Assembly (NCBI GenBank): GCA_965202585.1
Contig: OZ241832.1
Span: forward strand, 23,870,001-23,934,000
Direction of reading: 5' to 3'
Origin: Thalia democratica
Lineage: Eukaryota
Length of the DNA stretch: 64,000 nucleotides
The translations under genes were made by a program, and so were the position numbers. The notes under the pieces are model-generated. The model did not search any database, had not been told where the DNA came from, and was given only the letters and a program-made list of their open reading frames with translations. Below, in pieces: positions 12,440-25,820 of this stretch. Each line of letters starts with the position of its first letter. Position 1 is the stretch's first letter.

Positions 12440-14310
12440 TTAAATTTTGTTCTATTATTGCTAAGAACATGTGCTGGATAAATTAATATCAAAGAGTTTA
12501 TTTTTAGGTTAAAATTATTTTTAAGTATAAAATTTTTCAATTTGTTCGTTAAAAGTCCATTAATAAACATGAAAACTTATTTAGTTTCTATTTTTCCTTA
12601 TTTCATTAAATCTTAAAATCAAGTCCTATTTTGACTAAATTAAATTTTGTTTTATCTATTGTAGACTAAAGTACTGTAGTCAGATGCAAAAAGTTAAAAA
12701 TTCATTTTGTCATATATGTATCTTATTAAATTAATAGGATAACAAAAATTATTATTAATCAATAATTGATTATTAATGGATTTCATTGATAAGATTGTTA
12801 AGTGTTTGCCGTTATAAGTGCAGAAATAATAAATAATAAAACACTTTTTTTAACACAATTTCTGGATAAAGTTAAAATACAGTGTTTTTACAATACTGAA
12901 GAATTTAGTTGTAATTTTCCGCTTAAAAAAGTTAAGTAGATTAGTAAATATAACTTCATTATAAATTAACTAATTAAAAGTATAAAGTATATTCAATATA
13001 AAAAACTAGAAAATGGTTAAAACCATCAAAAAATCAGTCTAAGTCTTATACTATAGTCTTTATTCTATTGAATAAGATTTGAAAATGTTTGTTTTTTAAT
13101 ATACCAAAGATTTTTTTGAAGTTTTTGTAAAAGACTGATTTTTTTGATAGTTCTGGCCATTTTTTTATTTTTGTTTAGTCAGTATACTTTATATTTCTAA
13201 TCTCACTATAACACAGGCTGACAAAAATAACTTTTTAGCTTTAAATAGTGTAAATTTTGTTCAAATATAGTATTACTTTTATTAGTATAGTCAAATAATT
13301 ATTAAATTTTAGTAATTAGAACTAGCTAAGAATTAGAATTGATCTTAAAATGAAACTGCACTTTAGCTGTATACTATTAGCAATAACAGTTTTATCTAAA
13401 AGAGTTTGAGGTAGAAGCTGATGATTAATAAGAAATTGGGGTTGCACTCTCCGATTATTTTAAAATACTTTTGATGTTAATGTTAAATTTTTTTAAGTAT
13501 TTTAGGAAAATATTAATGTAAAGCAGAACTGTTTTGAGTTGGCTTTTTTTTTTTTGAAATTCAATGTATTAAAACAATTTTATTATATGTTCAATAAGTT
13601 TTTACCCACCTAGATTAAATTTAAGTACTAAAATCTATTGTAAAGACTAAAAAAGGTTATTATAATCAATAGCTTTATTTTAGTAACCTAATGCTTGTTA
13701 AACTTTTTGCCTTATTATAGGAAAAGTTCAATACTATAAATAAACAATAATGAATAAAAATTATTTTTATAACAATTAATGAGGAAAACAAAAAAAACAA
13801 GATTTTTATACAAAGACAATTAGAGTCAGTTCTTTTCTAGATCAGAAATAAAACGAGAGAAAAATGAAGATGAGAGAACATTTTTATCACTAGTGTGCGC
13901 TCTTAATTTCTTCTAGCCGAGATTCGTAACTATAGCTAGGATTCGTAACTATAGAACATGATGAGACACATCTTTAAAATCTTATTCATAGACAATGGCA
14001 GCATCCAAAGGTAGCTAGAAAGTAGTAAACGACGTTCCAGCTAATGTAGCTAGAAAAAGTGTAGGTTTCATTGTAAGGTAAGCTTTAGCATCAACTTGTA
14101 TAAAGTGCTCAAGCAAGTACACACTGATACTGGTTTTCAGCAAAGCCATGTGCATCACAGAGTATTTAGAGGTAGAAGCTAAAGGTTAAAAATATTTAGG
14201 GTAACACTGTCCGATTGTTTGAAAAAAGTTGATGATTTCGAATGTTAAGGTTTGTAGTTTAAGTTTGTTAAGAAGATATTAATGTAAAGCAGAATTGTGT
14301 TTATATGATT
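12440..14310 (+). repeat. Partial third copy of the H2B-bearing block; paralogous to about 41120-43390
   Basis: Shared anchors in the same order: GCTAAGAACATGTGCT, TGTAGACTAAAGTACTGTAGTCAG, TATAGTCTTTATT...GAATAAG, TTTTATCACTAGTG, H2B N-terminal relic, ATTAATGTAAAGCAGAATTGTGTTTA. Copy 2 has an extra 0.5 kb or so near 41700-42200. Confidence 0.85.
13995..14159 (+). pseudogene. Histone H2B-like relic (N-terminal half)
   Basis: ATG GCA GCA TCC AAA GGT ... then [12 protein letters not shown](fs)SKAMCI, matching H2B [18 protein letters not shown]. Contains stops and frameshifts. Confidence 0.8.
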
Positions 14311-16447
14311 TTATAACTTTATAGACTCAAGCCTAAAGAGACAGGAAAAAATAAAACACAATAATCTTTTTTTTTTCTGTTGTTTACAAAAAGTTTACAT
14401 TAAAAGCTTTCGTAATTTTGTTGAGTTCTAAATATTTTTATAAATACAACGTCGTGTCTTAAAAGTTTTATGAATATAATAATTAATGTCAGGGTTTACT
14501 GTGTAAATTTGATAACAATCTTTACTAGTTATGAAGACATAACAATTGATTACACTTTTAATCTAAAGAGTAATACAGTAAAAATGTATTGACTTAAAAT
14601 AAACACAACTTATAAAAATTTAAGCTTTTATTCAGTTACTGCTGATAAAGTTATCTTGTTAACTTGTCTGCTATTGAAAATAAAACAAGTTTTATAAAAA
14701 AATTATTCTATCTATTAGTTCTTGATCTTTGGTACCTTTTAGCTTTATTAATAAAATATATTTAAAACTACAGTTTACTTATGAAACAAATTATCAAAGA
14801 TTAGACTTACTAAACCTTAAAAGGTGTTTACTAATTGTTTTATACTACTTACAATTTTTTTTTTTAAATCAACTTTAAATAAAATATTAAGCAATTAAAG
14901 TTGAACTTATATTTGTATGATAACATAAAAGCACTTACATTCCTTTCTTTAAAAACTTACTTAAACTTCAGGTGATTTTGATAACGTAAAAACGTTTAAG
15001 TTAGTTTAAATGTCAATATTTAAAAGATGTTAACTAAAAAACTTTATATTTAATTAAAGTTTACAGTTTTGCTACTCTAAATAAACAAACTCAGACGAAA
15101 AATCTATATTTTTAATAACAAGTAGGAGTAACTAGTACTCATTTAATATATTAAAAGCTTGTATTTTTTTGTGTAGACGTAGATAAACAATAAACTAGTT
15201 TAAAAAAAATACTAGAAGAAACTAAAAAATTGGATATTTTTAGTAACTGTTGAGGAAAATGTGAAAAATACTTAAAAGTATTCAAGTTTGATACAAGCTA
15301 TTCGTGTTATTTGCACATATAGAAGCATTTCAAATGCTGAGCAATGGTTGGAGCAATATTTGCTAAATTGTTTGCAGCATTTTTAAATTCCTTGTAATGT
15401 TTTACAAAGAATTACATTAAAAGCTTATTTATATTCCTAAAACGCTTCGTTATTTTGAAAATTCCAAGATTATATAATTTTATAACTTTAAAATTTTGTA
15501 ATGTAATTTTTAACTAAAACACCTTCGTCAGTTTCAAAATTTCAAGGTTATATGGTTTTTAATAACTAAATAAGCTGAAATTTTAAAACGGCCTTAGTTA
15601 GTTGTTAGACACATTTTTTATCAAATGCGTACATGATAAACCAAACAACCTAAATAAAACAATTTTAAGGTAGATCTTTTAATTTTTAACCCTAATATTA
15701 AAGAAATTTGTATCAATTCAATGAAGCTACTGGTTTTTAAGTCTTGTCAAGTATTGATGCCAGTCTTAAGTAGTAAAATGTTTATGGGTGTCTCATTTAT
15801 ATATCAATCAATAATAAAAAGTAATTTTAATATTATATCATATAGTTAGTTTTTTATGCTGCATTAACGGTTTTTGACAGACAATTTTAACTTTTAATGT
15901 TTAAAATTAATCACAAAGGATAAAAGAAAACTTTAGTTCGTAACGTTTATTATTTAGAATTAAATAAAGTGTTATAAAAGGATTAAAGTTGTCGCTCTTA
16001 GTTTTCAATACTTTTATCGTTTAATCCCTGACTAAAGTATTTATTAATTATTCTTATAAACTAATTTTTTCATTTACTTTAGAACAAATATTTTAAACAA
16101 AAAGTTATTAAGGAAAGCCGTTATAATTGGGGACTTAAACACATTCCTATCTTAATATCTTAACTAATTATTACTGGCTAATTTATTGTAGCACTAGCTT
16201 ATAAAAGCTTGAAAACAGGCTCTAAATTTAAATACTACGAAGCAATACTTCTCTCGAAAATCGTTTTATTACGAAATTCACAATAAAATACGACGTCACA
16301 GATAGATTTTATTCAAAGAGATTTAATTTTAGTAAAAAAATTAGTTGCGTATTAAACAAGAAAAGCGTACTTAAAAAGTGCAAACTTAACCTCAAGATCA
16401 CTGTAGTATATATGGTTTAATACTTGAATTACAATTTATTTTTACTT

Positions 16448-19335
16448 AAAAGAATTAACTGATTTAGTTACTTTTGCTTTCAATTTTTACAGGTCAGACC
16501 ATTTTCAAATAAATTTAAAACATTTTAAAAATTCAATGGTTTGTTTGCACAACTGAAAGCGTTTGAGAATTTCTACAACAATTGCAGCATTAATTGCAGC
16601 GGTTTAAATTTTGTCATAAAAAACATAAATTCCTAAAGGTCATGAATTTAAGTTGCAATAAAACAAAACACAAAAAGTAAACACAAACCATACGTTTTAT
16701 ACGGCATAAAAACGTATTGTTTCTAACCAGCTATTTTTTCTAAAAAGTATTAAAAATAAGACAAAAAAAATATTAATAAAATTATATCAATTAAGTATAA
16801 CAATCAGTAGAGTTATTTCAACAGATAAAATTTTAAGTTGTCTGTCGTGAAAACTGTTTTTTACGGTTAAATTTCTAGTTTAGTTTTAAACATTTATCAT
16901 TGCTAGTCCTTAAGATGCAAAAGTTTTTCAAACATAAAAGGTTATTGATGTTTTTTAAACACTTAATGCTGACACCGTAGAACAATAACTAAAATTATAA
17001 AAGTATACAATGTTTAAAAGTTATTGCATATAAGTTTTTGTCACATTTTGTTTAATATCTAGGGAGGTATGAATTCAAAAGTTTTTAAAAAACTAGAATG
17101 AAAAATTGTATTGGAGTAAAAATATAAATGTATTCCAAGAGATAATATCCCTTATTTAGAAAACCATGTTTTTTGATAAAAGTAAAATATTTAAAGTTTT
17201 TTTTTATCTAGATAAACTACAAAAAAGTTGTTAAAAAGTGATTATAAGTTCTTCAAATCTTTATAAACAAACTTAAAATTATAAAGTAAAAGTAATTCTT
17301 GTTTCAACCAAAAACTATCAAGCCTAACAAAAAATTATTTTAGTAAACTAATTTTAATTAATATTAAAAATTTATAATGCGCGTTAAAAAATCTTTTTAC
17401 AAACTTGTATAATTAGTTTAAATTCAATGATTTTTAATAAGTATTTTAATTAAATTTACTTAAAGTTAGTCTTAAAGTTTTACAAGTTTTAACTTTTGAA
17501 ATAGAAATACATTTAATCTTACAAAAAAATACAGCTTTACAATGAAATTCGCGTGAGTATTCGCGTTATTTGCACAAATAAAAAATTTTTACAAAACTAA
17601 GCAACAATTGCAGCAATAATTTGCTAAATTGTTTGCAACACTTTTAAATTCCTTGTAGTGTTTAACAAAAAATTACAATAAAAACTTGTTTAAATTCCTA
17701 AAGTGCTTCGTCATTTCTAAAACTTCAAGGTTATATGGCTTAAAATTTCCTATAAAAGCTGGAATTTACAAAAGAATGGCTATCATAAAATTAGCAGCTA
17801 CTAGTTCACTTATGAATAAAACTATAGTTTTATTCATATTTATAACTCTAATTTGTAGCAAGATAGGATAGAAAATACAATAAGTTTATACTATTCTAAA
17901 GGCATAAGCTTTTTTTTTTTTGTTTGTTACCTCTACAAACTAATAGCTGGTTTAGTTTAATGAATTTAGTTTTATTATCATTAGCTGTGTATCGTACACT
18001 TAAATATTTAAATATTTCAAGTTTATAATTTCAACTGATGTAATTAGAAAGTTAGGGTGATAATGAAAGTACTTATGAGTACAAATTAATTTTTTAAAAT
18101 TACTAAAATATAATAAACAAATTACTTTATTATACTAAAAAACATTAGTAAAATAATTTACATGTTGTTTACAATTATGTTTACAACTGTAGTACAATAA
18201 AATTATTAATGAGTTTTAAATATATATATAAATTAAAGCAATGTATATAACATAGCTCATAATTGTTTAAATAGAACTGTTTAACAATAACTTATTTTAT
18301 TTTAAATAAAAAGTAGTTTAAAAAAAAAATATTGTTTATAAATTTTTGTATTTAAAAAATAATTTAGTATGTTCACTGAAAGAGCTGTTATTAAATAAAG
18401 CTTACATTTCATCTTAAAATTAAAACATAAGTTTTAAATGTCTGTTTTAGTTAAAAAGTACTTTAAAATAAAATGACTGATAAAATTAGGGCTAGGAAAT
18501 TTTCAAACACGCTAACGAAATAAATAGTTTTTTTTTAATAGTTATTTGTTTTTTAAGATATTGCATTTGATCTTTCTTTTTTGATAAACAAGTATGTATT
18601 TCAATATGATAAATTTAAACTGATATATACTTTTTCGACTAATGAGCAATTTAAAACCTATATAGTATTACTAAAAAAATTGCTTAACTATATAAAATTT
18701 CAAATTTTGTGCCGATTTAGAAATAAAAAGATTTTGGTTTATTAAGTAAACTTTTATAAACAAAAAAATACTAAGGAAATAAAAAAAAATATTTATACAA
18801 TACTTAAATGCTAGTTGTTTGAATAAGTCATAAGTTTATAGGTGAAACCTTTAAATATTACTAATCATATCACTAGAAAAATTTCAACTATAATTACACT
18901 TTTAAAGACTTAAACTCTAAACTATTAGATAATTTTATGTTTAAATATTCATTTAGCAAACTATTACAGTTCATTGGTAACTATTAGTTATTTTAAAAAT
19001 ATAAAGTTGATTTAAATTGTTTTTTATAAAATTTTTTTTTACAATGCTTTAAAAGTTGTAAAATGTCTGTTATAATTGAACTAAATTAATAAATTTATTA
19101 AAGCAATTAAAAATAAATACTTTTATAGTTATATGATATGCTGCAATCTAGTACAATATAATCATTCATTACAAAAAAAAAAACAGTAATGATCTGTTAG
19201 TTTATTTTTTAACTTTGTTCTAAATAAATATTTTATCCATATTTCAATAGAAATTAAACAAGTGTACAACAGTTTAAACGTTTTTTAAAGTATAAGTTTA
19301 CAAAAATATTAATGTAAGGTAAGAGTAAAACAATG
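16448..19335 (+). repeat. Unit 1 of a 2.9-kb head-to-tail tandem duplication
   Basis: Starts AAGAATTAACTGATTTAGTTAC and ends AAAAATATTAATGTAAGGTAAGAG. Colinear with unit 2 throughout. Confidence 0.93.
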
Positions 19336-19343
19336 AATACTTA

Positions 19344-22225
19344 GAAGAATTAACTGATTTAGTTACTTATGCTTTCAATTTTTACAGGTCAGACCATTTT
19401 CAAATAAATTTAAAACATTTTAAAAATTCAATGGTTTGTTTGCACAACTGAAAGCGTTTGAGAATTTCTACAACAATTGCAGCATTAATTGCAGCGGTTT
19501 AAATTTTGTTGCAAAATTTACAAAAAGCATACGTCATAAAAAACATAAATTCCTAAAGGTCATGAATTTAAGTAGCAATAAAACAAAACACAAAAAGTAA
19601 ACACAAACCATACGTTTTATACGGCATAAAAACGTATTGTTTCTAACCAGCTATTTTTTCTAAAAAGTATTAAAAATAAGACAAAAAAAAATTAATAAAA
19701 TTATATCAATTAAGTATAACAATCAGTAGAGTTATTTCAACAGATAAAATTTTAAGTTGTCTGTCTTGAAAACTGTTTTTTACGGCTCAATTTCTAGTTT
19801 AGTTTTAAACATTTATCATTGCTAATTCTTAAGATGCAAAAGTTTTTCAAACATAAAAGTTTACTGATGTTTTTAAACACTTAATGCTGATAACGTTGAA
19901 CAATAACTAAAATTATAAAAGTATACAATGTTAAAAGTTATTGCATATAAGTTTTTGTCACATTTGGTTTAATATCTAGGGAGGTATGAATTCAAAAGTT
20001 TTTAAAAAACTAGAATGAAAAATTGTATTGGAGTAAAAATATAAATGTATTCCAAGAAATAATATCCCATATTTAGAAAACCATGTTTTTTGATAAAAGT
20101 AAAATATTTAAAGTTTTTTTTTATCTAGATAAACTACAAAAAAGTTGTTAAAAAGTGATTATAAGTTCTTCAAATCTTTATAAACAAACTTAAAATTATA
20201 AGGTAAAAGTAATTCTTGTTTTAACCAAAAACTATCAAGCCTAACAAGGAATTATTTTAGTAAACTAATTTTAATTGATATTAAAAATCTATAATGCGCA
20301 TTAATAAAGCTTTTTACAAATTTGTATAATTAGTTTGAATTCAATGTTTTTCAATAAGTAGTTTAATTAAATTTACTTATAGTTAGACTTAAAGTTTTAC
20401 AAGTTTTAACTTTTGAAATAGAAATACATTTAATGTTACAAAAAAATACAGCTTTACAATGAAATTCGCGTGAGTATTCGCGTTATTTGCACAAATAAAA
20501 AATTTTTACAAAACTAAGCAACAATTGCAGCAATAATTTGCTAAATTGTTTGCAACACTTTTAAATTCCTTGTAGTGTTTAACAAAAAATTATAATAAAA
20601 ACTTGTTCAAATTCCTAAAGTACTTCGTCATTTCTAAAACATTAAGGTTATATGGCTTAAAATTTCCTATAAAAGCTGGAATATACAAAAGAATGGCTAT
20701 CATAAAATTAGCAGCTACTAGTTCACTTATGAATAAAATCATAGTTTTATTCATATTTTTAACTCTAATTTGTAGCAAGATAGAATAGAAAATATAATAA
20801 GTTTATATTATTCTAAAGGCATAGCTTTTTTTTTTGTTTGTTACCTCTACAAACTAATAGCTAGTTTAGTTTAATGAATTTAGTTTTATTATCATTAGCT
20901 GTGTATCGTACACTTAAATATTTAAATATTTCAAGTTTATAATTTCAACTGATTTAATTAGAAAAATAGGATGATAATAAAAGTACTTATGAGTAAAAAA
21001 TTACTTTTTAAAATTACTTAAATATAATAAACAAATTACTTTATTATACTCAAAAACATTAGAAAAATAATTTACATGTTGCTAACAATTATGTTTACAA
21101 CTGTTGTACAATGAATTTATAAATAAGTTTTAAAAATAAATATAAATTAGAGCCATGTATATAACATAGCTCGTAATTGATTAAATAGAATTGTTTAACA
21201 ATAACTTATTTTATTTTAAATAAAAAGTAGTTTTGAAAAAAAAATGTTTAGAAGTTTTTGAGTTTAAAAGATGATTTAATATATTTACTGAAAGAGCTAA
21301 AACTTGCATTTCATCTTAAAATTAAAAAGTAAGTTTTAAATGTCTGTTTTGGTTGAAAAGGTACTTTAAAATAAAATTGTTAATATAATTAGGGCTAGGA
21401 AATTTTCAAACGAAATAAATAGTTTTTTTTATAAATGTTTTGTTTTTTAAAATATTTCATTTAATCTTTCTTTTTTGATAAACAAGTATGTATTTCAATA
21501 TGATAATTTTAAACTGATATATACTTTTTCGACTAATGAACAATTTAAAACCGATATAGTATCACTAAAAAAATTGCTCAACTATATAAAATTTCAAACT
21601 TTGTACCAATTTAGAAAAAAAAAGGTTTTGGTTTGTTAAGTAAACTTTTATAAACAAAAAAAAAACTAAGGAAATAAAATAAATATTTATAAAATACTTA
21701 AGTATTAGTTGTTCGAATAAGTCATATGTTTATAGGTGAAATCTTAAAATACTATTAATCATATCACTAGAAAAATTTCAACTATAATTACACTTTTTTA
21801 GACTTAAACTCTAAACTACTAGATAATTTTATGTTTTAAATATCCATTTAGCAAACTATTACACATTCATTGGTAACTATTGATTATTTTAAAAACATAA
21901 AGTTTTTTTTTATAAAATATATTTTTACAATGCTTTTAAAAGTTGTAAAATGTCTGTTATAATTAAACTAAATTATTCAATTTATTAAAACAACTAAAAA
22001 TAAATACTTTTATAGTCATATGATATAATGCAATCTAGTACAATATGATCACTTATTACAAAAAAAAACAGTAACGATCCAAGCGTTTATTTTTTTTACT
22101 TTTTTCTAAATTAGTATTTTATCTAAAAATTTCAATAGAAATTAAATAAGTGTATAACAATTTAAACGTACTTTAAAGTATAAGTTTACAAAAATATTAA
22201 TGTAAGGTAAGAGTTATTGACAATG
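19344..22225 (+). repeat. Unit 2 of the 2.9-kb tandem duplication
   Basis: Same start and end motifs. The duplicated small ORFs 17686/20603 confirm the period of about 2.9 kb. A more diverged partial copy of an internal segment lies at about 15295-15560. Confidence 0.93.
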
Positions 22226-23580
22226 AAATTTTATAATATTTATATTTAACAGTAACAAAGTTTAGTTTTTGTAACAAAAGAATATAAATATTACTTTAAC
22301 CGTTTGTAATAATTAAAGTTTTTGTTTTTTGTAGAAAACAACAAATAAGCTTATTTAAAAAATAAGTTTTAGTTAACAAGCAGCTGTTTTTTGGTTTTTA
22401 TTTGTTTTGCGTTTAAAGCTAATATTTATTTGCAGTCTCAGATTCAGTTATAAGCAGAAAAATTTCAAGTTTTTGTTTATGGGACTATACTTGGTTGCAC
22501 AATTTTTTCCAAATGTCTGCAATTACTTGTTTAAAATCCTTAATGTGGATAATGTTGAATTTAAAAGTACAGTACTAAGTTTTAAACTATCTGAAGGTTG
22601 TAACTAATCTTTTAGTAAACTTCTTTATTGCAAATCTTTTAATTTGAATATAGCATAGTGTTGTTAAAACTTAACAATTTTTCAAAAATTAAACTAAATT
22701 AAGTTACTTTTTAAACGAAAATAACTGAATTTTAAAATGTTTCAAACACAGATTTATTAATTTTTTATTAATATATTTAATTAAAAACACGACTTAATCA
22801 AATTAGCTTTAACTTATACCTTTACGTTTAAAGCTAATAATGTTATATATTTCAAACTCAAAAGGCTTGTTAAGGGTCGTTGCTAAAGTAATTTATTAAT
22901 GAAAAAATTCAAAAAAAAAATTTAACATAACATAGGTAAGAGGTTTAACTTTCAATTTTTCGTAAACACAATAAAAATGCTTAATTTTCAACTTTCAGTT
23001 TTAATATAAACAAAAAAGTAAAGGTGTTTAGTTAGAAGAAAAATTTTTAAAAGTGTATAAAATTCAACAACATTTGTCATTAAAGCAAATTATACAGACT
23101 AAAATATTATTTAGATACAACAAACATACGTACATTTTTTTTTAAATAATATAATATTATTAAAAACACTTTACAAAATATATAATTTTATAAAAATCGA
23201 AGCAAAAGTAATTAAAATAAACTTTTTGTATCTTATTGAATTTAGTTAAAATTTTTTCAGTTCAAAAATAGTTAAGCACTATTAAAATTGTATTTTATAC
23301 TTGTTTGTTGTAAGTTTGTTTTTACATTAAGACTACACAATAAAATCATGTGAACTTTGTTTATACAATGAAATCAGCCTAAATCGGCTATGCATGTTGT
23401 GCTCAAAAATTACTTATGTACAAAGTACACTAGATTGAAATAAAAGGCAATCAGTGTGATGTAAACAAAATAAATGAAAAAACATAAACAATAAAAGCCT
23501 GGTTTATTTATTTTCCTACGTTTCAAACGACTGCTTCTTTTTTTTTTTTTCTTTTGTAAATAGATGACTGATTTTTGTTG

Positions 23581-23670
23581 TGGTAATTAGCAAGCTCTTC
23601 CAACTGATTAGTGCTGACATTCAAGCAGTTTAGATCACGCTTGAAAACACAACTTTTGCCAGCTTATGCG
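23581..23670 (+). mobile_element. Possible L2/CR1-type LINE ORF2 C-terminal relic
   Basis: Reads W..ALPTD..TFKQFRSRLKTQL, resembling the WNxLP...FKxxLKTxL end of L2/CR1 ORF2. Short and frameshifted. Confidence 0.4.
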
Positions 23671-23829
23671 CCTACCAACTCTCGCTGTACAACAGAGACT
23701 TTTTGGCTCGTTGCCAATTTTCATAAAATGACCGAGGCAGAGAAGCCTGCGCTGGCTGAGAGTAAACAAAGTGGTGAGACCATCTCGTCTCGACATTTTC
23801 TCCTATATGTATCCATATAATTTTAAGGT

Positions 23830-24760
23830 TACGGATGAGATATCGTTAGATGAAATTTTATCCCCTTTTTTTGCACACTCGACACGAGGTAACTATTTAA
23901 GGACTTGGTTTTAAAGTACTGCGTTCACAAACACAATGAATCTTAAACTTTCCGCGAACTCTTAGTTTTAGATTCTCCGAAGCTTTTATTGTTAGGCAGG
24001 CGAACATGCCTGAAGCTTTAACAAAGCAACAACTGGTTTCTGTTTCCAATGATGCACTTGACGAACCAATTGAAGTCAGTAGATGATTTTTTTCATAGTG
24101 AGTTACAAGTGAAGCATTGTTAGCAAATAGGAGGTCAGGTGGTGCGAAACTTTTTCACCTCTTAGATGCGCCATGTCAGGCGATTGTCAGTTCTGGTGTT
24201 GAACTTTAATCCCATACCCGACAATCTGAATGCGCGCTTCACTGGAACTTGAAAGAAAGTTTCTTAATGAGTTGAACAAACTATGCTTAAAATAATTTTT
24301 AACTTAAAATGAGTCAGAAAAGCTACCTTTGTATTGGATGGTTGTCGTTGTAGTTGTTTAAAAACATTTAACAATTTGAATAAACTTGGAGGACACCCAG
24401 TCTTTAAAAATGACGCTAGCAATCCTTTTTAACAACATACATAAGAACTATATTAGCAAGTTAAACAAAGTGCTGTACAAAAGAACGTTTATTGCATTTG
24501 TCTTGTAGTTGTCGTGCAGAGAAATCAACATCAGCAGTATAGCGTTCATACCTGAATTTACATTGCACTTCGACACACACTCTTTCAGATAGTTTCTACA
24601 GTAAATAAAGCAAACCATGAAAAAGCTTAACTACATAAATAATCTGATTTAATATCATGCAGATGAGGTGATAAGAAAAACTTGCAAAGGAGTATCAGGT
24701 CGGCTGGTATTACGACACTGCCTCTTGATTTTCAAGGAGCCGTTTCATTAATAGTTTTTC
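23830..24760 (-). mobile_element. Degenerate RTE-clade LINE reverse transcriptase fragment
   Basis: Minus strand reads LKTGCPPSLFKLLNVF (about 24408-24361), a decayed RGVKQGCVLAP-like segment (about 24165-24135), and LLFANNASLVTHYE (24133-24092, i.e. LLFADDAALV..E with GAC GAT changed to AAC AAT). Confidence 0.75.
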
Positions 24761-25820
24761 AGTAGTTTTATAGTTTAATGTTTTTCAGTAGTTAGTTAGT
24801 AGTTAGTTTGGTGTATAGTTAATCAGTCGTTGGCAGACTATTCGTGTATTAAGTGCATCAAAAGTAAACATTTTCTGTTCATTAAAGAAAAGATAAAATA
24901 GTGTTGAACCCATAAACCTAGCTATTCATTATCATGGTATAAGATTTCAACGGTTTAAAATTTTCGCTTTTTTTTTTGATGATCTGTTTTTCTTAATACA
25001 CCATAAATAGACTTTGCTTAACCTCTGTAAACAGTAATTTAAAGACTACCTTATAACAAAATTATGTAGTGTGTTTTATTGCAGTTCTTTAAAAAGTCTT
25101 TTTAGTTTCACGTAGCCTTTTAACACTTGTGCTACTTGGGTGCTGTTGGTAGTTAAAAGCATTTTATATGCTGTTTAGCTTATAGAAAGCAAATTGGAGT
25201 ACAGATACTTTGCTTATGGCAAAACTCAAATAGCTGTAAACCGCAAGAGTTTAGTTTTGAAACTACAAAAATGTCTTGGACAGGGAGCCAAAAATACGAG
25301 ATCAGATACAAAAAGCTCATTGAAATAGCCTAAAATAACATGTTTGTGTAATTTGTTCCATACTAAAGTTATACACTAAAATTACACTAAAATTTGTTAT
25401 AAAAGTTATCTTTCACTTGCTCGCCAAATATCAATACATGTTGTTTCTGTTAAAGAGTTGATGTTTTTCTTTTGTATGTAAACAAAGAATGGCAGTATGT
25501 GTTACCACCAGACCCAACTTCCACAGGTTGTAGGAAATATCTTCCCTAATTCAATTTCGAAGCCTTTTCAAGTTAAATTAGTGGTTTAAAATGACAAACT
25601 ACTAGTAATAAAACACTTTTACTATTTAAAGTTACACAGCTAGTTAAAATAAAGTCAGTCATTTTAAATATTATCTACTTGTAAGAAAACACTTTTACTA
25701 GTTTAGTTCCCAGGCCATCTAAATTGTAATAATTGGTTCAAAATGACTATCTATTTATAATGAAGTATTTTAAACTTGTAACAAAACATTTTTGTTGGTT
25801 TAATTTCACAGTCATTTAAA

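Noticed and set aside
18780-18940. Possible CR1 RT remnant (LEKxQ-like)
   Set aside because: Too degenerate to support by eye.
17686-20788. Duplicated 61-62 aa ORFs
   Set aside because: Shared only because of the tandem duplication; no recognisable motifs or splice context.
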